Counted from the stretch's first letter, positions 36,883 through 45,652 are shown. The stretch is 64,000 nucleotides of DNA from an uncultured Alphaproteobacteria bacterium (GCA_963781725.1 CAWAGV010000002.1:2969531-3033530), one strand, 5' to 3'. The notes: generated by a model from the sequence alone, not told the origin. Program-made: numbers and translations.

Positions 36883-37869
36883 TTGGGTACGTTCAGGGCA
36901 ATCGTGATTGAGAAGGCCGAGGGAGGCCAAACCACCAAACTGGCCGATTTTGACGATGCCAATCTGATGGACGGGGATGTAACGGTCCGGGTCCTGTGGT
37001 CGACGATCAATTATAAGGACGGTCTCGCGATCACAGGGAAAGCACCGGTGGTTCGTCGTTTCCCGATGATTCCCGGTATCGACCTCGTGGGAGAAGTCGA
37101 AGCCTCTTCGCATCCGGACTGGGTTTCGGGAGATCAAGTCATCCTCAACGGTTGGGGGGTCGGCGAAAATCACCTAGGCGCGTTTGCAGAGAAAGCGCGC
37201 GTAAAGGGCCAATGGCTGGTGCGATTGCCGGACGATCTCAGCGCACGCGAGGCTATGGCTCTCGGCACCGCAGGCTACACCGCGATGCTATGCGTTATGG
37301 CGATCGAGCGTCACGGACTGACGCCCGATCGGGGGCCGATATTGGTCACGGGTGCAGCGGGCGGCGTGGGATCGGTTGCCATCGCGTTGCTGGCAACGCT
37401 CGGCTTCAAGGTCATCGCATCGACGGGAAGGCCAGAGGAAGCCACCTATCTCACCGCATTGGGTGCAAGCGAGATTATCAATCGCAGTGAGCTTTCTGAA
37501 CCAGCGCGGCCGTTGGCAAAAGAACGCTGGGCCGGCGCCGTCGATACGGTCGGGTCAAATACCTTGGCCAATGTCTTGGCGATGACCAGGTACGGCGGTG
37601 CAGTAGCTGCCTGCGGGCTCGCCGGCGGCATGGATCTGCCGAGCAGTGTTGCGCCCTTTATCTTGCGGGGCGTCGCGCTCCTCGGCATCGATTCGGTGCA
37701 GTGCCCGCTCCCGGAGCGTTTGAAGGCATGGCATCGGCTGAGCATGGAAGTCGACCGCGACAAACTCAAAATGGCAACTCGAGAGGTCGGCCTCCCTTAC
37801 GTCATCAAGGAGGCCGACGCTATTGTTGCCGGACAAGTGCGCGGTCGGACGGTTGTGCGGCTCGATTAG
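36883..37869 (+). CDS. YhdH/AcuI-type MDR NADPH-dependent oxidoreductase (acrylyl-CoA reductase family)
   Basis: TTG start after GGAGGG. WSTINYKDGLAITGK and VTGAAGGVGSVAI are typical of the YhdH subgroup. Confidence 0.8.
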   Translation: MGTFRAIVIEKAEGGQTTKLADFDDANLMDGDVTVRVLWSTINYKDGLAITGKAPVVRRFPMIPGIDLVGEVEASSHPDWVSGDQVILNGWGVGENHLGAFAEKARVKGQWLVRLPDDLSAREAMALGTAGYTAMLCVMAIERHGLTPDRGPILVTGAAGGVGSVAIALLATLGFKVIASTGRPEEATYLTALGASEIINRSELSEPARPLAKERWAGAVDTVGSNTLANVLAMTRYGGAVAACGLAGGMDLPSSVAPFILRGVALLGIDSVQCPLPERLKAWHRLSMEVDRDKLKMATREVGLPYVIKEADAIVAGQVRGRTVVRLD

Positions 37870-37876
37870 CGGCCGC

Positions 37877-37895
37877 GGAGGGATTCTATCCCTCC
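37877..37895. terminator. hairpin GGAGGGA-TTCTA-TCCCTCC between convergent genes
   Basis: 7-bp perfect stem and 5-nt loop read directly. There is no flanking T-run, so terminator function is uncertain. Confidence 0.25.
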
Positions 37896-37905
37896 CTAGG
37901 CGGAG

Positions 37906-38202
37906 TTATTCAAGGCCTTCGACGATACGGAGATCGCGTTCGGCGCAGTCTCCAAAAACTTTAAGAGCAGCCTGGTAATCGGGGCTATCGTGGGCCTCGA
38001 TTGCCTTTTCTACGCTTTCAAACTCGATGAGAACGACGCGTTGAGCGACGCCAGCCTCGTAGGCCTTGGCGGCAACGCCGCGGGCCAGATTACGGGCGCC
38101 ATATTTTGCGAACGCCGGTCCGGCAAGTTTGGCGTACTCGCCGAGCTTGTTTGGATCTTTGATCGAACGATAAACCGATACGAGATAGCCTTTCTTCGCC
38201 AT
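37906..38202 (-). CDS. DUF1330 domain-containing protein
   Basis: ATG 38202 with GGAG 6 nt upstream. MAKKGYLVSVYRSIKDPNKLGEYAKLAGPA... fits the DUF1330 pattern as I recall it. Confidence 0.75.
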   Translation of the reverse strand: MAKKGYLVSVYRSIKDPNKLGEYAKLAGPAFAKYGARNLARGVAAKAYEAGVAQRVVLIEFESVEKAIEAHDSPDYQAALKVFGDCAERDLRIVEGLE

Positions 38203-38260
38203 GTTAATCTCCATTGTTGGCGGGTTGAGGTCGTTATGACTGGGTGCGCGCCTGCGACGC

Positions 38261-39163
38261 CTAGATGCCGAAATGGTTGCCGATGAATTTGAGCATGCGC
38301 TCGAACGTGTCGCCGATCTTTGTCAAATCGGGCGCATGGCCGACATTGCGCTCGCCGTCGAAGTAGCACAGTTCGATCTCTCCGCCGGCCTTGCGATAGT
38401 TCTCGGCAAAACGCGGCGCTTCCGTCAGCGGCGAGCTCGATTCTTCATCCTTGTAGTCGTGTAGCGGGTCGTCCGTGCATTGATGCCAAATGGACGGTGG
38501 CAGCTCTACGGCTTCTCCACGCTCGAGGATCAGCGTCGGATTTCCATCAGCCATCGCCGCTTCGTCTGACCAGAACTGGTTATGTTTATCGACGATCGCA
38601 GAGGCCCATTCCGGCGGGTTCGCCAATGCGGCTTGTCGTTTCGCATAACGGTACCGGCTGAGCGGATTGATCACCGGCCAGGACATGATGACGCCGCGTA
38701 CTGTGGCGTCGAACCGTGCCGAACCGGACTTCAGCGGGATCGAGCAATAGCGGGGATCATTCGGCCGCATCCCCGCCAGCATCGCAAGGTGCCCGCCGCT
38801 GGACTGACCGGAAATTCCGATCAATTCCGGTCGCGTCTTCAGTTCTTTGGCGTGAGCCTTGCACCAGCGGATGGCGTAATTGATGTCTTGCAGCGACTTT
38901 GGGTAGTATCCCTCGCGGGCGACCCGCCAATCCAGCGAAACGACAACAACGCCGTGGGCTGCGAGCCACTCGTGGCGCACTTTGTCGCTGAATCGATTTT
39001 GCAAGCACCAGGCGCCGCCGTGCAGATCGATGACGGCGGGGAAAGGTCCTGCACCGCGCGGTTTGAACACGCGGGCCATGAATGGCTTGTCGCCGTGGCG
39101 CAAATACTCCACGTCCTCGACGCTAAACTCATGAGTGGCCGAAACCGACGCTTCAGCGTCCAT
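38261..39163 (-). CDS. alpha/beta hydrolase (esterase/lipase, HGG-type)
   Basis: Oxyanion DLHGGAW and nucleophile elbow GQSSGGHLA. Confidence 0.85.
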   Translation of the reverse strand: MDAEASVSATHEFSVEDVEYLRHGDKPFMARVFKPRGAGPFPAVIDLHGGAWCLQNRFSDKVRHEWLAAHGVVVVSLDWRVAREGYYPKSLQDINYAIRWCKAHAKELKTRPELIGISGQSSGGHLAMLAGMRPNDPRYCSIPLKSGSARFDATVRGVIMSWPVINPLSRYRYAKRQAALANPPEWASAIVDKHNQFWSDEAAMADGNPTLILERGEAVELPPSIWHQCTDDPLHDYKDEESSSPLTEAPRFAENYRKAGGEIELCYFDGERNVGHAPDLTKIGDTFERMLKFIGNHFGI

Positions 39164-39458
39164 GACGTGATTCCTCCCACATTATTTCTGGACGGACATA
39201 CGCCGCCGGACGCTGCTGAGCCAGCGAAGATAATATCAGACTTTTATCTATTTTGGATTAATGTTAGACATTTAGCAACTCGCGACGCGACGGAAGACTG
39301 AGAATTTAGTCCTCACAAGGTGCGCCATTCCAGCAAGCTACGAGGCGATAGCGTCGAGCTCCGGACTTTATTGGCGCATCAGTTCTTTTCCGAAGCGATG
39401 GCTAACAAGGCGGCAAATTATTCGCGGGCACCAAAGCCGCCGCTCGGGAGGAAACGGT

Positions 39459-40427
39459 ATGCTCAGGGCTTTGCTCGTCTGTTTGCAGGCGCTTGTGATT
39501 GTTTCGGTTGCTCAAGCGCAGCAGGATTATCCAAACAGATTGATCAAGATCATTTTTGGTTCGCCGCCGGGCGGCAACCTTGATGCCGTCACGCGCCTCC
39601 TGGCTCACGGCATTGAGACCAGCATGGGACAGCATGTCATCGTTGAAAGTTCATCGCCTGGATTGGGCGGCGCGGCCGCAGCCGTGACAACGGCCCGCAG
39701 CGATCCCGACGGCTATTCGCTTCTGGTTCTATCGGCTGGATTTCCCGCTTATTCCGCGTTGTCGAAAAGCACCCTGATCCAGCCTGTCGACGGACTGACA
39801 TGGATTTCGCTGATTACATCCTATCCTTTCATGATTTACGTGAAAGCCGATTCGCCCTTTAAGACGCTGGGGCAACTTATCGAGGCTGCGCGAGCGCATC
39901 CCGGCGAACTCAAATATGGCTCCGCCGGAGCGGGTTCGCTGCTGCACACCAGTGTCGAACTGCTGGCAAACAAGACCGGCGTAAAATTTCTGCACGTGCC
40001 TTATCGCGGCGAAGTTCCCGCGATCACGGCGTTGATCGCCGGAGAGATCGACTTCGTCTCTACGACAACCGGTCCAACGACGGAGAGGGTGCGAGCGGGC
40101 GAACTGCGGGCGCTTGCGGTCACTGGCAAAACGCGATGGCCCGAATTTCCCGACGTGCCAACCGTTGGAGAGGCGATTTCGCTTCCAGATTTCGAGGTTA
40201 TTTCATGGTCTGCGCTGGCAGGTCCGCCCAAACTTCCGGAACCGATCGTAAGCCGCCTCAACGCCGAAGTTCGCAAGGCGCTTGCCGTTCCCGATATCAA
40301 ATCCAAGCTCGAGGCATTGGGGGGAGACCCACATGCCAATTCGCCCGCGGACATGGAAGCGCTCGTTCAGAGCCAGTACGAAACCTGGAAACAGCTTGCC
40401 GTGACCGCTCACATCTCGATCGAATGA
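39459..40427 (+). CDS. Bug family TTT substrate-binding protein
   Basis: GGGAGGAAA RBS. Signal peptide ...VAQAQQ, then YPNRLIKIIFGSPPGGNLDA. Confidence 0.9.
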   Translation: MLRALLVCLQALVIVSVAQAQQDYPNRLIKIIFGSPPGGNLDAVTRLLAHGIETSMGQHVIVESSSPGLGGAAAAVTTARSDPDGYSLLVLSAGFPAYSALSKSTLIQPVDGLTWISLITSYPFMIYVKADSPFKTLGQLIEAARAHPGELKYGSAGAGSLLHTSVELLANKTGVKFLHVPYRGEVPAITALIAGEIDFVSTTTGPTTERVRAGELRALAVTGKTRWPEFPDVPTVGEAISLPDFEVISWSALAGPPKLPEPIVSRLNAEVRKALAVPDIKSKLEALGGDPHANSPADMEALVQSQYETWKQLAVTAHISIE

Positions 40428-40496
40428 GGTCGTGGCGGCGATGAAAATGCACAAGCCATTGCCGCGTTTGACCGGTCATTAAGGCGGACAGTTCTT

Positions 40497-41837
40497 ATGA
40501 AAGAACAGATGCACCTCGCGATAGACGTCTCCTGGACAAACGTTGAAACGACCTGGCGGGAGACAGGATCCAGAATGGGGCGGCATTATCCGGATATCGG
40601 TCTTTTTGAAGATATCGCCCGCATTTCCGAGCGGGGCCTGTTCGACATGATCTTCTCCGGTGACAGCACGGGGATTCCCGGAACGTGGCGGAGCTCGATT
40701 GACGACGCGGTTCGATATGGGGTGGCTTTTCCACGGTTCGACATGAGTCCGTGGGTTGCCGCAATGTCCCGAGTCACCAGTCATATCGGGTTTGGGCTGA
40801 CTTACGCGACGACATTCATGCATCCATATTACGTCGCCCGTCTGCTCAATTCGCTCGACCACCTGAGCAGCGGACGCATTGCGTTCAACGTCGTCACTTC
40901 GCAGCGTAAGGCCGATGCTCAGAACTTCGGTTTTGACGAACTTATGGAGCATGGCGATCGCTACGATCGGATGGATGAATTCATCGATGTCTGTCGCGGC
41001 CTGTGGGCGGGCGTTGAGCCTGACGCATTTGAGTGGGACCGCAATACCGGGCTGGTTGCCGATCCTGCAAAGGTACACGCCATCGATCACGCTGGAAAAT
41101 ATTTCAAGGTGAAAGGGCCGTTGAACGTACCCGCGTCGCCACAGGTTGCGCCGGTTCTCATCCAGGCCGGCGGTTCTCAGCGGGGTATCCGTGCTTCCGC
41201 CCGTTTTGCCGATCACATATTCGGCGGCCGCTTGCCGCTTCCGTTGATGACAAAGCAGCGCCAGGAGCTTGACGAAGCGTTGCGTGCCGAAGGGCGGGAT
41301 CCGCAAAAGGTCGGGATCATATGGGCTACGCCGATTATCGTTGCGGAAACCGAAGACGCTGCGTTGGCCCTGAAAGAGCGGCTTATTGCGCACGTGCCGC
41401 GGGAAGCTGCCGGCGTCTGGCTCTCGTATAATACCGGCTTTGACATGGCGACGCTGCCGCCACGCTTCTCCTTGCGTGAACTCAATGAGCGAATTATCGC
41501 CGCGAATGCCTCTCCTCTGGGCTTTGTCGGCATTCTCGCGAAAACCTATGGTGAGCATACGGAGATGACGCGAGAGGAGTTCTTCGATCACGGCATCAAA
41601 GCCGCGACAGGCTATGGCAGTACGGAGGCTGGCACGTCAGCACAGATTGCCGATTATTTGGAGGAACGATTTGAAGCGGCTGGAAGCCGTGGGGGTTTCA
41701 TGATTCGACACTCGCAAGGCGATCAGATCGACTTGCTATACAATATCGTCGATCTTCTGGTGCCCGAATTGCAACGCCGCGGGCGCTTCCGCACGCGATA
41801 TACAGGCAACACGTTGCGGGAGAATCTTGCGTCGTGA
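40497..41837 (+). CDS. LLM-class flavin-dependent monooxygenase (NtaA/SnaA/DszA family)
   Basis: 446 aa; same architecture as 24269-25633 (FGLTYATTFMHPYYVARLLNSLDHLSSGRIAFNVVTS). Confidence 0.85.
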   Translation: MKEQMHLAIDVSWTNVETTWRETGSRMGRHYPDIGLFEDIARISERGLFDMIFSGDSTGIPGTWRSSIDDAVRYGVAFPRFDMSPWVAAMSRVTSHIGFGLTYATTFMHPYYVARLLNSLDHLSSGRIAFNVVTSQRKADAQNFGFDELMEHGDRYDRMDEFIDVCRGLWAGVEPDAFEWDRNTGLVADPAKVHAIDHAGKYFKVKGPLNVPASPQVAPVLIQAGGSQRGIRASARFADHIFGGRLPLPLMTKQRQELDEALRAEGRDPQKVGIIWATPIIVAETEDAALALKERLIAHVPREAAGVWLSYNTGFDMATLPPRFSLRELNERIIAANASPLGFVGILAKTYGEHTEMTREEFFDHGIKAATGYGSTEAGTSAQIADYLEERFEAAGSRGGFMIRHSQGDQIDLLYNIVDLLVPELQRRGRFRTRYTGNTLRENLAS

Positions 41838-41863
41838 GCATCCTCGGCACTGAAGCACCGCGG

Positions 41864-42772
41864 TTAAACGCTGCGTGCTCGGAAAGCATTTGCCAGAAAG
41901 CTAATGAATAGCCGCGTTTTAGCGGGCGTATATCTGTTTCTGGGCAGAAGCACGTAAATTCCCGTTTCGTAACCGAACTGACTGGCGACGTACCGCGTGA
42001 GTAAGCGCCGCACTTGGCCGGAGGCTAACTCCTTTCGGATCGCCCACTCGGGCATCAGTGCGACGCCCATGTCCTGGGTCACCGCATCCAGTAATGAAGG
42101 ACCATAGTCGGTTTGAAAGTTTCCTTTCACTTCAACGTCGCTCTGCTTTCCCGAAGGATCGACAAATGACCAATTGGGCCCGCCGGCTGCGAAAGTGTAG
42201 GCCATGCAATTATGGTACTTGAGGTCGGCGGGTTTCTCCAATGGAGGGGAAGAATCCAGGTAACCGGGCGCCGCGATCACGTACCACTCCGTCTCGCCGA
42301 GTTTTCTGACCATGAGATCGCCTTCACTCATTCTGCCAAAACGGATATCCAGATCGATGTTTTGCTCAGCGAGATTGACGCTGGAATTGGACAGAAAAAG
42401 TTGGATTTTGATCTCCGGGTATTTCTCAAGAAAATTCGGAATCAGCGGAGAAACAAACCGGTTGCCCAGCAGCGACCAGGCGTGAACGCGGAGCGTCCCG
42501 CTCGCTTTTTTGATCGCGCTCGACACGCTGCCTTCAGCTTCTGCGACCTGCTGTAAAATCGCCTCGGCGTGGCTGAAATAAAGAGCGCCGGCCTCCGTGA
42601 GGGACATCGTACGGCTGGTACGATTGAGCAATTTTGCACCCAGCTTTTGCTCCAGTTCACTGATAGCGCGCGATATGGCAGCAGGCGACAAGCCAAGTTC
42701 GCGTCCGGTCGCGGAAAAGTTGCCTCGATGAACTGCGCTGACGAAAACCGATATAGAACGCAAAAAATCCAT
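41864..42772 (-). CDS. LysR family transcriptional regulator
   Basis: MDFLRSISVFVSAVHRGNFSATGRELGLSPAAISRAISELEQKLGAKLLNRTSR is a typical LTTR HTH. ATG 42772 preferred over 42781. Confidence 0.9.
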   Translation of the reverse strand: MDFLRSISVFVSAVHRGNFSATGRELGLSPAAISRAISELEQKLGAKLLNRTSRTMSLTEAGALYFSHAEAILQQVAEAEGSVSSAIKKASGTLRVHAWSLLGNRFVSPLIPNFLEKYPEIKIQLFLSNSSVNLAEQNIDLDIRFGRMSEGDLMVRKLGETEWYVIAAPGYLDSSPPLEKPADLKYHNCMAYTFAAGGPNWSFVDPSGKQSDVEVKGNFQTDYGPSLLDAVTQDMGVALMPEWAIRKELASGQVRRLLTRYVASQFGYETGIYVLLPRNRYTPAKTRLFISFLANAFRARSV

Positions 42773-42781
42773 GATGATCAT

Positions 42782-42800
42782 CTTTGCGATTTACGCAAAG
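42782..42800. promoter_or_regulatory. LTTR-type box CTTTGCG-ATTTA-CGCAAAG (contains T-N11-A)
   Basis: 7-bp perfect inverted arms. T42785-N11-A42797. It lies between the divergent LysR and flavin reductase genes. Confidence 0.5.
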
Positions 42801-42886
42801 ATACTATCCCGTCGCAGTGTCTTGATCAAACTGACACTTCGGCCGAAATCTAGACCATCGCGCCCTTTCAAAATCCTGCGAGAGCC

Positions 42887-43414
42887 ATGATGACTGACAA
42901 TGCTGGAGAACTGACGCCGGCTACGCTGCGAAAGGTTTTTGGGCGGTTTCCGACAGGCGTCGCCGCGGTGTGCGCCCAGGTGGGCGGCGAGCAGTACGGA
43001 ATGGCCGTCAGTTCATTTACTTCGGTGTCGCTCGACCCTCCGTTGGCCTCGATCTGCGTGGCGCGGACGTCGACAAGTTGGCCCATTTTGCGCAAGACCG
43101 AGTGCCTCGGCGTCAGCGTTCTTGCCAAGGAACATGATTTGATTTGCAAACAGTTGGCGTCGCGCTCGCGAAACCGGTTTGAAAATGTGCCCTTGTGGAA
43201 CGGGTCTGGAGGGGCGCTTTTTGTCGAAAAAGCTGCGGCTTGGTTTGGTTGCCTAATAGAACGCGAAATTGACGCGGGCGATCATTACATCGTCTTGCTT
43301 CGAATAAATTCGCTAGGGCTGACCCATTCTGCACGTCCGCTGGTTTTTCATGACAGTGCTTTCGTTAATTTAGCAGAGCCGATCAATTCATTAGAAGTGC
43401 GCCCGACAATCTAG
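42887..43414 (+). CDS. flavin reductase family protein (NAD(P)H-flavin oxidoreductase)
   Basis: 175 aa; FGRFPTGVAAV...GMAVSSFTSVSLDPPL is typical of the flavin reductase-like domain. Confidence 0.85.
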   Translation: MMTDNAGELTPATLRKVFGRFPTGVAAVCAQVGGEQYGMAVSSFTSVSLDPPLASICVARTSTSWPILRKTECLGVSVLAKEHDLICKQLASRSRNRFENVPLWNGSGGALFVEKAAAWFGCLIEREIDAGDHYIVLLRINSLGLTHSARPLVFHDSAFVNLAEPINSLEVRPTI

Positions 43415-43429
43415 GGACGGGTCAAGCTA

Positions 43430-43487
43430 AAGTTTCCCTGTTTTGCGAATGGTTTTCCCTGTTATGGCGGCAGCAAGTTTCCCTGTT
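43430..43487 (+). repeat. three direct copies of TTTCCCTGTT (two extended to AAGTTTCCCTGTT)
   Basis: Cores at 43433-43442, 43454-43463 and 43478-43487 (spacing 21 and 24 nt). They sit in the convergent gap between the flavin reductase and MFS genes, 7 nt before the tRNA-end repeat. Confidence 0.85.
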
Positions 43488-43493
43488 CTTCTC

Positions 43494-43503
43494 GCCCACC
43501 ACG
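43494..43503. repeat. right copy of 10-bp direct repeat GCCCACCACG; candidate attR core
   Basis: Exact match to 301-310. With one gap, 15 of 20 positions match the tRNA 3' segment 291-310, and three of the four mismatches are C to T. Confidence 0.4.
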
Positions 43504-43527
43504 TAAACCGGCATTTTCACGGGCATC

Positions 43528-44748
43528 TCAATCTCTGGAGAAGGTGACGGCGATCGCCGAGGCAAGCGCCATCACGATAACGATCGCGCCATAGACGTAG
43601 GCCGCGACGGTTAATCCGACCACCGGTACGGCGAATCCCGTGACGACCGCCGGAAGACTGAACGACAGGTAGCCCACGACGTAGAATGCCGCCAGGAGTT
43701 CGGCACGCTGATCCGCCTGCGCGAGAGGCAATACGGTCCGCAGGGCGCCGGAAAAGGTGGAGCCGAAGCCCACCCCGGAGACGGCCGTGCCGACCAGCAT
43801 CAGCCACACGAGCTGCTCACGCACACCCGCCAGCGTGAGTGCGACGCCGGCGGCGAGCGCGACGGTACCGCCGCTCAGCATACGGCGAGGTGATGCGGAC
43901 CGCAGCCACAGCACGCTGATCGCGCCGCTCAATGTCAACGCACTGACGACGAGACCGCCGACCACCGGAACGGTTACGCCGGTCGCCACGCGCACCAGGG
44001 CCGGCATCAGTGAGAAGTAGAAGCCGCCCAGGGCCCAGGTCGCGATCGTCACCGGCGTGACCCGCATCATCGCCCGGCTGGCCCGCGCGGGGACGCTGAC
44101 GTGCGGGCGCAGCGATGCGATTGCGCCGGTGCGCGCGTGCGCGGTTTCCGGCATGAACCCGAGAACAAGGGCTTCGACGGCGGATAGAACCAGAAGCAAC
44201 GCATAAACGAGCTGGCGCGGATCGGGCGCATAAGTCACCAGGATGGCACCGCCAAGGCTGCCGACAGTCATGCCGCAGAACGCGGTGATGCTATTGAGCA
44301 GCGCTCCACGACTGCGATCGTTATCGAGGATCGCTGCGCCGAGCGACGCGGTTGCAAGCCCGGTGGCAAAGCCTTGCACAGCGCGCGCGGCGATCAGAGC
44401 CGCTTCCGAGCCGGCCGTCATGAACGCCGCCATCGCGACGATGTTCAGGACCAATGCTGCGAGGATAGCCGGCCGCCGCCCGATAAAGTCCGATAACGAA
44501 CCGACGGTGAGCAGTGCAGCCAGCAGGCTCAGGACATAGGCGGCGAAGATGATGGTGATCGCAGAGGGGGCGAGGCCGAAACTGTCCTGATATTGGCGGT
44601 AAAGCGCGGTGGGTGCGGCTCCGCTCGCTGCAAATGTCATGGCTGCAATCACCGCGACAACGGTGGTGCTTACATTTGAAAGCAGCGAGCGCGGCTGCGG
44701 TTCGTTGCAGGTGACACAAACGCTCATAGCGCTCATGGCTTGCTCCAT
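43528..44748 (-). CDS. MFS transporter
   Basis: 406 aa, about 12 predicted hydrophobic segments, GC-rich codon use. Confidence 0.85.
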   Translation of the reverse strand: MEQAMSAMSVCVTCNEPQPRSLLSNVSTTVVAVIAAMTFAASGAAPTALYRQYQDSFGLAPSAITIIFAAYVLSLLAALLTVGSLSDFIGRRPAILAALVLNIVAMAAFMTAGSEAALIAARAVQGFATGLATASLGAAILDNDRSRGALLNSITAFCGMTVGSLGGAILVTYAPDPRQLVYALLLVLSAVEALVLGFMPETAHARTGAIASLRPHVSVPARASRAMMRVTPVTIATWALGGFYFSLMPALVRVATGVTVPVVGGLVVSALTLSGAISVLWLRSASPRRMLSGGTVALAAGVALTLAGVREQLVWLMLVGTAVSGVGFGSTFSGALRTVLPLAQADQRAELLAAFYVVGYLSFSLPAVVTGFAVPVVGLTVAAYVYGAIVIVMALASAIAVTFSRD

Positions 44749-44778
44749 CTGTTCGGAAGGGACGGTCGCAACGGCGGC

Positions 44779-45525
44779 TCAGAGTTTTGAGCCGCCGTCG
44801 ACTGCGATGATGTCGCCGGTGATCCAGCGCGATGCATCGGAAGCGAGGAATGCGATAGCGGAAGCGACGTCGTCGGGCTGGCCGATGCGCTTGAGCGACT
44901 GCATCCCCATCACCGTGGCGCGGCCCGCCTCGGTCTTGGTGAAACTCGACATGTCGGTGTCGATGACGCCGGGCGCGACCGCATTGACGCGGATGCCACG
45001 CGGACCGAGCGCGGACGCGAGGTATTTCACCAGCGTATTGATGGCGCCCTTGGTGCTGGCATAGGCCGCGAGTGTGCCGACCGCGGCGCGGGCGCCGAGC
45101 GACGAGACAAAAACGATGGTGCCGCCTTCGCCCATGATCGGCAGCAACTGCTGCACCAGGAAATACGGTGCGCGGACATTGACGGCGAACAGGCTGTCGA
45201 AGTCCTTCACCGACAGGGTCTCGATCGTGGTGTTGCTGGAAATGCCGGCGTTGGACACCAGAACGTCGAGTTTGCCGCCGACCAGGTTGCGCACCTGCGC
45301 GGCGAGCACATGCGCGCCGTCCGGCGCGGCAAGGTCGGCGGCTATAGCGTCGGCCTGTCCGCCATTGGCGCGGATCTGGTCGACGACGGCTTTGGCTTCA
45401 TCGGCGTTGCGGCCGTAGTGGACGATGACACGAGCGCCGGCGGCGCCGAGCGCAAGCGCAGTGGCACGGCCCATGCCGCGGGATGCGCCAGTCACGAGAG
45501 CGGTCTTGTTGGCAAGCGTTGTCAT
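44779..45525 (-). CDS. SDR family oxidoreductase
   Basis: ATG 45525 (MTTLANKTALVTGASRGMGRA), canonical YASTK. The track ORF extends to 45606. Confidence 0.88.
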   Translation of the reverse strand: MTTLANKTALVTGASRGMGRATALALGAAGARVIVHYGRNADEAKAVVDQIRANGGQADAIAADLAAPDGAHVLAAQVRNLVGGKLDVLVSNAGISSNTTIETLSVKDFDSLFAVNVRAPYFLVQQLLPIMGEGGTIVFVSSLGARAAVGTLAAYASTKGAINTLVKYLASALGPRGIRVNAVAPGVIDTDMSSFTKTEAGRATVMGMQSLKRIGQPDDVASAIAFLASDASRWITGDIIAVDGGSKL

Positions 45526-45623
45526 GGGTGTGGTCCTGATCCGGGGACGATGCGCCATGCATCGCCTTCGGGCATGAAACTGGTCCTCACTTGCCCTAAA
45601 AACCAAGACTTCGTATGTTCAAG

Positions 45624-45642
45624 CCATACTTTTAAAGTATGG
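45624..45642. promoter_or_regulatory. LTTR box: 19-bp palindrome CCATACTTT-T-AAAGTATGG (ATAC-N7-GTAT, T-N11-A)
   Basis: 9-bp perfect arms read directly. It lies 11 nt upstream of the LysR GTG start and in the divergent region toward the SDR / MFS genes. Confidence 0.6.
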
Positions 45643-45652
45643 ATAAAGGGCC

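Larger units (their letters stand above)
309..43493. mobile_element. putative tRNA-anchored genomic (catabolic) island; no integrase or transfer genes visible
   Basis: Starts immediately 3' of the tRNA. Hand-counted GC of sampled 60-nt lines is clearly lower inside than outside. The right border coincides with a copy of the tRNA 3' end and a cluster of direct repeats in a convergent intergenic gap. Confidence 0.45.

Noticed and set aside
43430-43487. The three TTTCCCTGTT repeats as a mini-CRISPR array
   Set aside because: The repeats are only 10-13 nt and the spacers 11-14 nt. There are three copies, no cas genes and no leader. This is far outside CRISPR geometry.
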